A stretch of DNA of 63,268 nucleotides, filler included, from Octopus bimaculoides (Eukaryota): the NCBI RefSeq assembly GCF_001194135.2. It is 5 parts of 4 records of this genome, joined end to end, with 100 filler letters (N's around TTAATTAATTAA, not from the genome) between each part and the next. Parts side by side here need not be neighbours in the genome. Positions count along the whole stretch, not along the records: positions 27,684 to 34,728 come from NC_069005.1; positions 34,829 to 40,069 come from NC_068981.1; 3 more parts are not named here. The stretch is one strand, 5' to 3'. Each line of letters begins with the position of its first letter. Positions within the stretch are counted from its first letter, which is position 1. Positions 27,727 to 40,125 of this stretch are shown here, one piece after another. Position numbers and translations under genes: made by a program. The notes below the pieces were generated by a model that saw only the letters and a list, made by a program, of their open reading frames with translations, was not told where the DNA came from and ran no database searches.

Positions 27727-28068
27727 ACCCCACAACCGGAATATTCCAACAGATGGCCATCCATGCTCGTCATCAAATAACCAAAAGAAAAAGGATGAAA
27801 AATGGTCTAGGAAAGATAATAAAGAAGTTCTTACAGCCTTCTACCATGCCATATATTTCCCTACAGATAAATCTAATACTGTAATGGTTTCTTAAACATT
27901 CACTAGAACAAAACTGTACAAATCCAAATATATGGTATCCTAAGCATAACACCTACATGAACTTCTAACTTGTTGTCTCTTGAGGTCTCTGGGTGAGACT
28001 TGGATCCAACTTGTACAAATGCAAAACAAAAGTCAAACATAAAATAATAATAATAATAATAATAATAA
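27727..28068 (+). mobile_element. Short TAA-flanked R4/Dong-like derivative (5' motif + 3' end)
   Basis: KWSRKDNKEVLTAFYHAIYFP aligns with the 27407 peptide; followed by a LINE-3'UTR-like segment and a (AAT)n tail. Confidence 0.5.
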
Positions 28069-28134
28069 CGCCTTTTGATCGAACGTCAAGTTGATCAGAA
28101 CTGACCAGGAGCAAAACAAACCACAGCTATACAA

Positions 28135-28692
28135 TAGTAGTAATAGTGGTGGTGGTGTTGGTGGCAGTGGTTGTGGTGTTGTTGGTGGTGGTGGTGAGAA
28201 GAAAAGAATTAGTAGTAGTAGTGATGGTGGTGGTGATGGTGGTGATGGCGATAGTAGTAGTGGTGGTGATGGTACTGAGAGTCGTCGTAGTGGTGGTGGT
28301 GGTGGTGGTAGTGGTAGCAATAGCAGTAGTAGTAGCAGTAGTAGTAGCAGTAGTAGTAGTAGCAGTAGTAGTGGTGCCACCAATTGTAGCAGTACCTCCT
28401 ATGAGAGTTGAAAACCTCGCAGTAGTCTGCTACCACCGACACCATCACCACCGCTGCCTTCACTACCACCACTATCAGCACCACCATCTTCCAATATGAC
28501 CACCACGACGAAAAGCACCAACACCACCACCACCACTAACACCAACACCACCACCACCACCAACACCATCAGCACCACTATCAACTACGAAGACCATAAC
28601 ACCACAGCCACAACTACCACCGTCACCGCCTCCAGCAATTCCACCAAAACCACCACTACCACCACCACCACCACCACCACCACCACCATCAT
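28135..28692. repeat. Low-complexity (GGT/AGT)n followed by (ACC/ACT)n
   Basis: G-rich block 28135-28375, then complementary C-rich block 28427-28692. Confidence 0.85.
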
Positions 28693-29566
28693 TNNNNNNN
28701 NNNNNNNNNNNNNNNNNNNNNNNNNNNNNNNNNNNNNNNNNNNNNNNNNNNNNNNNNNNNNNNNNNNNNNNNNNNNNNNNNNNNNNNNNNNNNNNNNNNN
28801 NNNNNNNNNNNNNNNNNNNNNNNNNNNNNNNNNNNNNNNNNNNNNNNNNNNNNNNNNNNNNNNNNNNNNNNNNNNNNNNNNNNNNNNNNNNNNNNNNNNN
28901 NNNNNNNNNNNNNNNNNNNNNNNNNNNNNNAAAATAAAATAAAATAAAATGCCCAATACAATATAAACACATCTGAAACAACATCAACAATAATAAATAC
29001 TGAAGTTTAAAGTTCAGAGCAGAATAATAAGAAAGGAAATTGAGTTTATAAGAAGAGAAAGAAAATAAAAAAAAGATAGAAAAATAGGTGTCGAAGAGAC
29101 GGGTCGGAGGCGTCAAGTGAATGTCGGCGTTGGGGGCGGAGGCGTAGGAAAACGTGAAGAGATTTTAAGTAGGAAGAGAGAGAGAGAGAGAGAGAGGGGG
29201 GGGGAGAGATGGTTTGAAGAGACTTCTGTTTAAATTCACGTCTCTAATTTATAAGTCAATACACCTCACTCCAATGCACGGTATGAGGAACAAAAAATTG
29301 CTGAGTTGCTATTTTAAAAACTGTCTGAATAGCCAGTTAATTTGTTTCCATCGTAAAAATCTATGACGATCTACGTGCCACAGGCTTTTTTCCTCGTTTC
29401 GCATGCAATCTGGCCATTGATATTCAGTGCACTACTCGAAGCCAGCCAGTCTCTCAATAATGAAACGGCGAGGCAACAGCATAGCGTGACTACATTAAAA
29501 AGTAATTGAGGTTTGGCGGTTATTACTTGTTGGACAGTAAGTTAGCGCAGCGAAGTGGAGTGTATA

Positions 29567-29810
29567 GGCGTGACCTTGTCGGGGTGGCAAATGATAAATA
29601 AATTCGTTTTGGTAATTACGAAGTTCCAGGTGGTGGGTGGTTGTGGTGGGAGGGTTTCGATCCTAAAGTGCAGCACTTTGGATTCGGACAAGTAATCCCT
29701 TATTGCATGTTTGACTATGCGGTAAAATGCTGGTTAGTTTTTCCTTTCTCCAAACCTTGAAGACAAAACTAGGTCAGCGGGATTTGTGCTGTATCGAAGC
29801 TGGTCAGCTG
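29567..29810 (+). mobile_element. Degraded SINE-like element
   Basis: B-box-like GGTTTCGATCC, then TTTCTCCAAACCTTGAAGACAAAACT...CAGCGGGATTTG, recalled as an octopus interspersed repeat; single copy here. Confidence 0.35.
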
Positions 29811-30909
29811 GTCTCTTCCTCCCCCTCTCTCTGTCTTTCTTACACACACACATTTATGTACATACATGCATACATACATACATACATACATACATACATA
29901 CATACATACCTGCATACATGCATACACATACACATACACACACACACACTCACACACACACACACATATATATAAATATATAATCAAATAAGCCAGGATC
30001 TTGCTGTATCTTGATTATAAACGTTTTCCCTTTGTGCTTTTCATGTTTTCCCTCGATCTCATTATAGCGTCCGGAGTTTCATAGCGTTGGTTCCTTTAAC
30101 TGAAAATAATGAGAAGAGTTTATGTCACACTCACCCTACCTCTTTTAATGAGAATTTACTACTATCTAACTGATTTCTTCTAAAGTTTATTTCTTTATGT
30201 AGTAAGGAGTACTTATAGATATAAGAGATTAAGATTGGAGAGAACATCTAATAATATCTAATTATAACCAGCAGCCAGTTCTGATCTGTCGACTAATAAT
30301 GCTCTTAATTCTCAATAAACGCAGTCTACTAGCCTTAGATCTTTTGATGGTGATAAGTGGGTAGATAAAAAATTAGAAATGAATTGCAATCCCATGACCC
30401 CCACTGTGATCCATTCCTGCCACTCCAAAATTGTAGTTGTTTTTCTCTTAGCTTATTCTTGCTGAAATAGTGGTAACATGAAATTCTTTCATCTTCCAGT
30501 TCTGATAAAATATTTGAAAAAAACTATTAATATCTCTTGTCTGTTGAAAATCCATATTTTTGGCAACTGAAGATGGCATTGTATTTAAATTAATGTACTG
30601 CTTGCATAGTTCAATTAAATGGAGCCGCTTGAAACGGTCGTATTGCATTAATGCCTCACATCCTGATGCTTATTTTGATTTTATTCCCCTTACTTCGAGC
30701 TGTGCAGATAATACCGGACTAACTTGGTGCCTNNNNNNNNNNNNNNNNNNNNNNNNNNNNNNNNNNNNNNNNNNNNNNNNNNNNNNNNNNNNNNNNNNNN
30801 NNNNNNNNNNNNNNNNNNNNNNNNNNNNNNNNNNNNNNNNNNNNNNNNNNNNNNNNNNNNNNNNNNNNNNNNNNNNNNNNNNNNNNNNNNNNNNNNNNNN
30901 NNNNNNATA

Positions 30910-30940
<31 letters not shown>

Positions 30941-31184
30941 GAGGGACAGACCCTCTAGCATTTTAATTCACCATTTGTCTCCTCATTGCACTTTTTATAT
31001 CAACCTCGTTTTTTCTCATGATTTCTCATGTACCAGCGTACTAGTTTCAAATAGATCTAATCGTGTGCCCCGAGTCAGAGATTGTTTGGAGACTCAAGAC
31101 ACGTTATATAAATCTGCCTTATCTCAATGTCTCTATGGCAACAAACAGCTCAGCTCTTATTTTAATTAATGTGTACATTAAATG

Positions 31185-31218
<34 letters not shown>

Positions 31219-31219
31219 T

Positions 31220-31276
31220 TTTATATAGATATAGATATACATACGTACATATATGTTTGAAGAGAAATGTCTAGGC

Positions 31277-31330
<54 letters not shown>

Positions 31331-31385
31331 ATATAGATATAGATATACATACGTACATATATGTTTGAGGAGAAATGTCTAGGCA
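31220..31385. repeat. Tandem duplication of a 58-bp unit separated by (TG)n
   Basis: TTTATATAGATATAG...GAGAAATGTCTAGGCA at 31220-31277 and 31328-31385, 1 mismatch. Confidence 0.9.
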
Positions 31386-32125
31386 GGTAAATCACCAGAT
31401 TTTTACGATGGAAACATTCGCTATTCAGAACTGTATGCATACTATGTATATAGAAATACACACACACACACACACACACACATGTATTTTTATATATATA
31501 TATATATATATACATACATACACACGCATACGTATGTAACGTATGTATACATAAAGCTGATTGAAAAATAAATCAGTTTATTGTAATAAAAGCCAAAAAC
31601 AAAATCTGCTCTTTTTTTGGTGGGGAGGTTTTCGAATCATATAAATTTATTGAAATATTGAGATTTATTTACAATTATTATTCAATTTTATTTATATTGA
31701 CTTTGATCTCGTTCGTCACATAAATTTAAATTACAATATATCAGATGTATATATATTTAAATATGAAACTATAAATTAAAGGTTTTATAGAGAAATACGC
31801 GTTAAGGCTGTTTAATATAATGGCTACAACTCTTGNNNNNNNNNNNNNNNNNNNNNNNNNNNNNNNNNNNNNNNNNNNNNNNNNNNNNNNNNNNNNNNNN
31901 NNNNNNNNNNNNNNNNNNNNNNNNNNNNNNNNNNNNNNNNNNNNNNNNNNNNNNNNNNNNNNNNNNNNNNNNNNNNNNNNNNNNNNNNNNNNNNNNNNNN
32001 NNNNNNNNNNNNNNNNNNNNNNNNNNNNNNNNNNNNNNNNNNNNNNNNNNNNNNNNNNNNNNNNNNNNNNNNNNNNNNNNNNNNNNNNNNNNNNNNNNNN
32101 NNNNNNNNNNNNNNNNNNNNNNNNN

Positions 32126-32177
<52 letters not shown>

Positions 32178-32224
32178 ATATATATCTGTTATATGCTATA
32201 GAAGCAGTATTAAGTTTAAAAACA

Positions 32225-32660
32225 ACATAAGCCCTCATCCATCCAGGCAATCCGACCTCGGTTGATCAAGCCCAGCACTTTGTCCAAGCGGTATTCTACT
32301 AGCCTCCATCGATCGCCTATTTTCAGTCCCATCCAGATCGTTTCACAACAGCTTCTACGATGTTCTTGATGGTTCTTCTGTTTACTCTTGTAATGCCAAA
32401 AATTCCGAATGCCTTATTCAGAGTCTCACCTGCGAACCCTCGACTGCCAACCTCCGCTGGCAACCACTTCGTTCTCCATCCATTCTTACTGCAGTCCTTC
32501 ACCAGATCCTGGCACTTGTTTTTCCTTCTGTCTAGTCACTCATCCATCTTTTCCTCCCAGAGCACAGTTGACTCCACTAAGAATAGCTGCCTTGTTGTTT
32601 TGGAAACAAAAACCAACGCAATATCTGATCTTAAGATCTGGGCGATATGAGATGGAATGT
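32225..32660 (-). mobile_element. HERO/NeSL-like RLE LINE, 3' remnant
   Basis: RPD...DIALVFVSKTTRQLFLVESTVLWEEKMDE*LDRRKNKCQDLVKDCSKNGWRTKWLPAEVGSRGFAGETLNKAF matches the RLE domain pattern of HERO-type elements; followed by a 3' UTR. Confidence 0.85.
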
Positions 32661-33233
32661 TTTAGCTTTTACTCACAAATCGACTTCCATCACTCGGTTC
32701 TGTGTTGTGGAAATTAAATCCTCTGTTGAAATTAAACTCTCGGAACAGTTCTTGGGTCTTTACTCTGATATCTTTCCCTCCTTAAAAAGGATATCTCTGG
32801 AGTAACAAGTATGAGGAACATATGAAGAAGAGAGCAATCTCCCATGATTGTCAAACTTGCAGAAAAATTGCCATAACCTCATAATAAATTTTCTGCATAG
32901 CTTTATTAACTTTTAATGAAAATTATATTAATTTGAAAAAAACTAATTTAAAATTAATAACGTAAAGCTTAAGATACAGTGTACAACTCATTATTCATTA
33001 ATTAAAAAAAGATATATTAATTTTAGTTAACGTCATAAGAATTTAGAAAATTTGAGAGACATGAAATAAATTGCTTTTTTTAAACGCTGGAACTCGAATC
33101 AATAAAGCTATAAAGAACAGGATGCAAATATTTGACTGAAAGACCCAAAGACAGCTTTCGATGTTTTTTTTTTATCTAAGGGGTTCTTTAACCTAATATT
33201 AAAACACTATTATTTATAACTCCATCTAAACCT

Positions 33234-33422
33234 GCGGGTTGGCGGAATCGTTAACATGGCGGCTAAAACGCTTAACGGAATATCTTCTGTCTTTACGTTC
33301 TGAGGCCAGGGTCGACGTTTCCTTTTATTCTTTCACACTCGATAAAACAAGTACATAGTCGACTTACCCCCTCCTTCGAAGTTGCTGGCCTTGTGCCAAA
33401 AAGTGAAACCGTTCTTTATTAG
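33234..33422 (+). mobile_element. SINE family B with internal deletions
   Basis: Head GCGGGTTGGCGGAATCGTTAAC, tail GGCCTTGTGCCAAAAAGTGAAACC. Confidence 0.8.
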
Positions 33423-33748
33423 NNNNNNNNNNNNNNNNNNNNNNNNNNNNNNNNNNNNNNNNNNNNNNNNNNNNNNNNNNNNNNNNNNNNNNNNNNNNNN
33501 NNNNNNNNNNNNNNNNNNNNNNNNNNNNNNNNNNNNNNNNNNNNNNNNNNNNNNNNNNNNNNNNNNNNNNNNNNNNNNNNNNNNNNNNNNNNNNNNNNNN
33601 NNNNNNNNNNNNNNNNNNNNNNNNNNNNNNNNNNNNNNNNNNNNNNNNNNNNNNNNNNNNNNNNNNNNNNNNNNNNNNNNNNNNNNNNNNNNNNNNNNNN
33701 NNNNNNNNNNNNNNNNNNNNNNNNNNNNNNNNNNNNNNNNNNNNNNNN

Positions 33749-33786
<38 letters not shown>

Positions 33787-34361
33787 ATACTCACAGACAG
33801 TCGCTCACGAACATTTATATATAACCTGCGTTGACCAATAGCGATTCAACATCCAGAAGCCATCTTGCTCTTGTTTGAATCGGTTCCTCCAACCTTTACG
33901 AGACGGGTCCTTTTAACAAGCCTACGAAACTTTATGTTGCATTGAGCCAAATCAGAATAGTCATCAAATAACACCCTCCCCCTACACACAAACGTACCTA
34001 TATATAGTATACAAATATATGTGTGTATATATGTGTGTGTGTATATTGTTTACGTCGACTCCTAGAGGTTGCCTTCCGCTTGTCATTTTTTAATCCAATA
34101 TTTTCACGCTGCTATCTATAGCTTTAATTTTATAGCCGTTAGAGATTGGCAACTGCACCGAGTCGGATTTTTTAAATATTCATTTTGAGGAACGTAGGAG
34201 TCAACCAGCGAAAAACAGATGTCGGAATCGTTTAAGTGGATTAAAATGTATTTAGAAATCTTCGGCAAAAGGTTAATTTTGATAGGAAGAAGAAAAACGG
34301 TAAGGGCTGCACGGTTCTCCAGGGCTCTTCATATTCTTCCATTTCTGTGAGTGCCTCTGAA

Positions 34362-34427
<66 letters not shown>

Positions 34428-34449
34428 CCTGTCTGACTATCTATCTATC

Positions 34450-34496
<47 letters not shown>

Positions 34497-34772
34497 TCTC
34501 GATTTATCTATTCAGTTAAACCGTACAATAAATGATAACCATGTCACCCCACCATCCTACCCCACCACTGCCAATACCATCACAAGCAACATCAACAGTA
34601 GTGGCACACATGTAATAGATTTTAGATTAACCACGGCAAATAGACAATCGCTATATAACAATATGAAATGCAATATAACAATGTAATGCTACACATAATA
34701 TAACATTACAAATATATACACATAATATNNNNNNNNNNNNNNNNNNNNNNNNNNNNNNNNNNNNNNNNNNNN

Positions 34773-34784
34773 TTAATTAATTAA
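34773..34784. other. Assembly linker TTAATTAATTAA
   Basis: 44 N each side. Confidence 0.95.
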
Positions 34785-34828
34785 NNNNNNNNNNNNNNNN
34801 NNNNNNNNNNNNNNNNNNNNNNNNNNNN

Positions 34829-34870
<42 letters not shown>

Positions 34871-35050
34871 CCCCCCAACTTCGCTTGACAACCGATGCTG
34901 GTGTGTTTACATCCCCGTAAAATAGCAGTTCGGCAAAACAGACCGATAGAATAAGTACAACGAATAAGTCCTGGGGTCGATTAACTCGACTAAAGGCGGT
35001 GCTCCAGCATGGCCGCAGTCAAATGACTGTAAAAGTAAACAAATAAAAGA
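34829..35050 (+). mobile_element. SINE family A 3' half
   Basis: (TG)n then CCCCCCAACTTCGCTTGACAACCGATGCTGG...AAATGACTGTAAAAG. Confidence 0.85.
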
Positions 35051-35058
35051 ACATATAT

Positions 35059-35518
35059 GGAGTGGCTGTGTGGTAAGTAGCTTGCCAACCAACCATATGG
35101 TCCCGGGTTCAGTCCCACTGCGTGGCACCTTGGGCAAGTGTCTTCTACTATAGTCTCGGGTCGACCAAAGCCTTGTGAATGGATTTGGTAGACGGAAACT
35201 GAAAGANNNNNNNNNNCTATAGTCTCGGGTCGACCAAAGCCTTGTGAATGGATTTGGTAGACGGAAACTGAAAGAACCCCGTCGTATATATGTATGTATA
35301 TATGTGTATGTGTGTATATGTTTGTGTGTCTGTGTTTGTCCACCCAACTTCGCTTGACAACCGATGCTGGTGTGTTTACGTCCCCGTAACTTAGCGGTTC
35401 GTCAAAAGAACCGATAGAATAAGTACTAGGCTTACAAAGAATAAGTTCTGGGGTTGATATGCTCGACTAAAGGCGGTGCTCCAGCATGGCCACAGTCAAA
35501 TGACTGAAACAAGTAAAA
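35059..35518 (+). mobile_element. SINE family A, directly tandem to the previous copy
   Basis: Head and tail both present; contains an artefactual 59-bp duplication across a 10-N gap. Confidence 0.9.
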
Positions 35519-36997
35519 NNNNNNNNNNNNNNNNNNNNNNNNNNNNNNNNNNNNNNNNNNNNNNNNNNNNNNNNNNNNNNNNNNNNNNNNNNNNNNNNNN
35601 NNNNNNNNNNNNNNNNNNNNNNNNNNNNNNNNNNNNNNNNNNNNNNNNNNNNNNNNNNNNNNNNNNNNNNATATATATCAGTATGTGTGTGTGTGTGTGT
35701 GTGTGTTTGTCTTCGTCAGATTTACATGCATGTGCTTTGTTGTCGATAGGAGTTGTTTTTTTTCTTTCAAATTTAATGTTTTTATGTTATATTATTAGTG
35801 TCGGTTTATGGTCTGGTCTAATACATTTTGTGTTCTGTTTTATGAGATTGTTGATAATGTGTTCATATATTTAGTATACATTTGATTCACATAATACACT
35901 TTATGTGTGGTTTGTGTATTTTTAATAGGTACTATGGCTGCTACGTTTGTGACGACGTTGTATTTGTGTTCTAGTTTTTATGGCTTCGTCTATTAGTTTG
36001 TTGCAATAACCGTTGTTGATTAGTATTTCTTTTATTCTGTGGATTTCTTTATCTTGTACTTCGTATGTAGAGGGATTTTTTACTACTGACATTTAGTATC
36101 TGTAATGGACATTCTCTGTCTCCATGTAAATATATGCATTTATATGTATTTGTGGTGTACATTGATGAGATGTATCTTATTTTTCTGTCTGCATGCTTTT
36201 TCTTTTTTTTTTTATCTAGAAACGGAGCCATTGTAATTTGCTAGGAGTTTTATTTGTACTACACATTCTCTTTGCTCATTTTTTTAATACGGGTTATTTT
36301 CTACGTCTTCTTTAATTTCTCAACGTCTTCCGCCGTGTGCATAACTACGAGTATATCGTCCACCTCACCTGATGTTTATCGTATGTTTATGTATTGGTAC
36401 CATTTTGTTTCTATTGTTACTACGTAGAAAGCTGCGAACGTAAGTCCTAGAAGAAAACCCATGGTTACTCCATCCAGTTGCTAATATAATTTGCTTAGCG
36501 GACAATAAAATTATACTACAGTTTTAAATAGGACGCTAATAATTTTTTTTTTTTTTTCAGTTTATTAGCTGCTAAGTGGTTTTAGTCCTGGGCGTTTGCG
36601 TACACTATTTAATGCGGTTTCCATTGTTTTTGGCATTTAGTGATCCTGCCTATTGTCGGTGTCTTCTTAAATCTCAAAGAAATCTTCAGCTTTTATTGTT
36701 TGATAATATCTATTTGTTTAGCAGTGTTGTGTATTGGTGCAGTTACGAGATATTACGTGTCGAAGCTTTGTTTCATTGGCCTTGGTATTACGTTTTACTA
36801 TTCTCTCGAGATGGATTTGCTTAGACTCTCCATCAATGATGTATAAATAAAGGGGCTTCTAAATCAGTGTTTATTACCGTCATTAGGTTAGCCATGTTAA
36901 CTTTTAATTGGATCATATTATGGTTCTGAATCTTTAACAAATTTGTGTATGGTCGTTGAGTAAACTGTTAATAATGTTAATATCCTAATCACGTTAA

Positions 36998-37149
36998 GGC
37001 GGCAGGCTGTCAGAATTGTTACTGCGGCAGGCAAAATGCTTTCCGGCATTTCGTCTGTCTTTACGTTCGGAGTTGAAATTTCGTCAAGGACGACATTGCC
37101 TTTCATCCCTTCGAGGTCGATAAAATATGTACCAATTGAATACTGGGGT
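36998..37149 (+). mobile_element. SINE family B, 3'-truncated
   Basis: GGCGGCAGGCTGTCAGAATTG...GCCTTTCATCCCTTCGAGGTCGATAAAAT. Confidence 0.8.
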
Positions 37150-37370
37150 AGAGGAGTAGAGGCCAAAACCGGACGTGGTTCCTCCTGATGATGTCTTGAG
37201 CTAACTGGATCATATAAAGGAGCCGTTGAAATTCCTCCAGGTCGGCGTTTATCATTACAGTTTCCATACATATCAAAGTTTGCATAATGTGAAATAAATA
37301 TAGCTTTTGGTTATTCCTTTTACTCTTATGTAAGCTGAAAGATTTTTGGCTGTTATATCTAGCAAATGAT

Positions 37371-37551
37371 CAGTGGTTCTCAATTGGAGTCCATGTGGCC
37401 TTTGGGGATCCACATAAGATTTTGCTGCTAATATTTATTTGCAATACGCTGCTTAGATTTCTACAAGGCATAAAATATTTAAACATTCCTAATAATATTG
37501 AATCATAAAAAAATATAATAGAAGTTTTTAGACATGGAATGGCTATGAGGG

Positions 37552-37599
<48 letters not shown>

Positions 37600-37656
37600 C
37601 TTAAGTAAAATAGTAATCAAAGGGGTCCATAGCCAAAAAATGGTTGAGAACCCCTG
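37371..37656. mobile_element. hAT/Charlie-like MITE
   Basis: TIRs CAGTGGTTCTCAA / TTGAGAACCCCTG; internal (CA)n; TSD not preserved. Confidence 0.75.
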
Positions 37657-37953
37657 AAACAGAGTCTCCGTCTTGGAGAGGGCCCCTTTTATAGCAGAAT
37701 TATTAAATCTTCTATCATGGTCTTTACTTTCAATCAAACTGAACATACCAATCTGATCCCACGAAGAACTTATTATATTTACAGTGATACCACTTCGATT
37801 CTCAGTTAATTATTTCTTCCTACGATAATTATATACATCTACGGAGACCGAGGTGTCGTGTATGCAATGTCTTCATCATAATATGATACAATCCGCTCTC
37901 TTTCTGAGAGTATTTCGGATGCCTACTCAGCTTAGCTTTCTATAAGCCGTGAA

Positions 37954-38505
37954 TACCGTCTTAACGAAGAAACTTTCATTCCTTTTGACTAAATCTTATG
38001 AGATTAAATGCTTAACTAAGATATGATCATGATATCTTGAATTAAAGCTTACCTCTACCAATCCCTAATTAAAAAATTAACAGAAAATATTCAAAACAAA
38101 TCTGGGATGACGATAGATCTAACGGAGGACGGGAAAGTAAACAGATTAGGCATGGATTAATATTGAATTAAAAGTAATATATATATATATATACGTAGGT
38201 TTGGAGAAGACTACTTCCATGTAGCTCCCAGAAATTTATTACCACCGTTATACCTTGATGAGAACTGTTGACAGAGCTCTAATGATAATTTTAATCCAAT
38301 ATTAATCCATGCCAAATCTGTTTACTTTCACATTCTCCGTGAGATCTATCTTCATTCAGATTTGTTTGAATATTTTCTATCAATTTTTTTAATTGGGGAT
38401 TGGTAGAGGTAAGCCTTAATTCACGATATCATGATCATATCTTACCTAAGCACGTAATCATAAGATTTAGTCAAACGGAATGAAAGTGTCTTCCTTAAGG
38501 CGATA
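37954..38505. mobile_element. Foldback MITE, ~225-bp inverted arms, TA ends
   Basis: 37954-38180 is an imperfect reverse complement of 38282-38505 (e.g. GCTTACCTCTACCAATCCC / GGGATTGGTAGAGGTAAGC). Confidence 0.9.
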
Positions 38506-38732
38506 CATATATACACATTAATTAAATATTCTAAATGATCTGATATACTACTCGTCCTACCTTGGTCTTGTTGTCCTTTTTCCTCTAATATATACCTCCT
38601 TACTCGAAAGCCTACTACGGATCCCTAGCTCCAGCCTCAGTTGTGAACTTGGAACCTAACGGATGACCGATTATAGCACTTACACAGCGTACCTATTTGT
38701 TTAGATCACTAGTGACTAAACTCCTCGTATTC

Positions 38733-38797
<65 letters not shown>

Positions 38798-39035
38798 GTA
38801 NNNNNNNNNNNNNNNNNNNNNNNNNNNNNNNNNNNNNNNNNNNNNNNNNNNNNNNNNNNNNNNNNNNNNNNNNNNNNNNNNNNNNNNNNNNNNNNNNNNN
38901 NNNNNNNNNNNNNNNNNNNNNNNNNNNNNNNNNNNNNNNNNNNNNNNNNNNNNNNNNNNNNNNNNNNNNNNNNNNNNNNNNNNNNNNNNNNNNNNNNNNN
39001 NNNNNNNNNNNNNNNNNNNNNNNNNNNNNNNNNNN

Positions 39036-39070
<35 letters not shown>

Positions 39071-39073
<3 letters not shown>

Positions 39074-39808
39074 TACATTCTTGGATTAACTTGGATCGTG
39101 CAGAAAGCCGCAGACAAGTCCTTGTCCATCGTAGACCACGCTTTATCGGAAACCCGAGGCCACTTTATCACTCGCCGGCCAGAAGCAGGAACTGATGTGG
39201 AGGTCTGTAGGACACTGTAGTGTTTGTCCTGGTCCTAGCACTCCAACGAATTATCGGCATTCACCGAGCGATTATCAGTTACTGACTTCAAGCCACACTT
39301 CATCTTTGCTTGATGGATTTTTACTTCCTTTCACAGACTTGAAGACTCGCCTACATCCACTACACACCAACTGGCTTCCATTATAGCCATTATCCAATAT
39401 ATCCGTCCTTATTGCAGTTGAAGTTGTTGTAAGTCAAGAAGTTTTATATCCCCAGTAGACCAGGTGATTCATCCTAGCCCAGCGATGGGCCGGAAGATCA
39501 CTTATTGGCGTGGGTTTGCCAGATTGAGGCGGGCGCTATCTCCAGAAGGCGACAAAGAGCCATCCCACCGTCCCTGCACAGACAGGCCAGTTTATAACGG
39601 CCATTTAGAACTGTTGTATAACCCGATTCTGCACAAGCGCTGCTTCTCGCGGGAACTCAAGGCGGGCAGCTCACGCCCCGCAGTTCTATCACTGCCACAC
39701 TCTCACGGTTGTCACCATCCTTTCATGGTTGTTACTGGAAGACCAGAGGTCGCAGTAGAAGAAAACGCAGAATGCTCCATTTCTCGTACGGCTGCAATCA
39801 TCAGTTGA
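39071..39808 (-). mobile_element. HERO/NeSL-like RLE LINE, 5' remnant (5' UTR + N-terminal zinc finger)
   Basis: QLVCSGCRRVFKSVKG-(frameshift)-VKIHQAKMKC zinc finger and RRVIKWPRVSDKAWSTMDKDL motif; GC-rich upstream segment; bounded by microsatellites. Confidence 0.75.
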
Positions 39809-39890
39809 ATATATATATATATACACACATATACATACATACATACATACATACATACATACATACATACATACATACATACATACATAC

Positions 39891-40069
39891 GCCCTCCGAC
39901 TTGCTATAGTCCCAGGGAACTTGGTTAATGCCATATCTAACCTGACATCTTCCTGGGCCACCATCGTGAAGTTAAATACAGTAAGTGGATGTATCACCAG
40001 CAAAAAAATACAATATCGCAGGGGGATATTCCAAGGAGACAGCCTCTCTGTGATGCTGTTCATACTGTC
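39891..40069 (+). mobile_element. R4-type reverse transcriptase fragment
   Basis: KKIQYRRGIFQGDSLSVMLFIL (QGDSLS RT motif); begins at the end of a (TACA)n array and runs into a gap. Confidence 0.85.
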
Positions 40070-40113
40070 NNNNNNNNNNNNNNNNNNNNNNNNNNNNNNN
40101 NNNNNNNNNNNNN

Positions 40114-40125
40114 TTAATTAATTAA
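40114..40125. other. Assembly linker TTAATTAATTAA
   Basis: 44 N each side. Confidence 0.95.

Noticed and set aside
28033-29116. Gly/Ser-, Thr- and Val-rich ORFs
   Set aside because: Low-complexity trinucleotide repeats open in several frames on both strands, partly N.
35148-35275. 59-bp exact duplication inside a SINE
   Set aside because: Identical copies either side of a 10-N gap indicate an unmerged contig overlap.
36590-36860. Possible RTE-like LINE 3' remnant (minus strand)
   Set aside because: Only vague peptide resemblance with several stops; no diagnostic motif.
37185-37235. CTGATGA...GAAA resembling a Penelope-type hammerhead
   Set aside because: No stem II pairing found; at best a decayed remnant.
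39765-39810. Hammerhead-core-like CTGATGA...GAAA at the 5' end of the HERO-like remnant (minus strand)
   Set aside because: Stems II and III are only 3 bp and stem I cannot pair; not supportable without a covariance-model hit.
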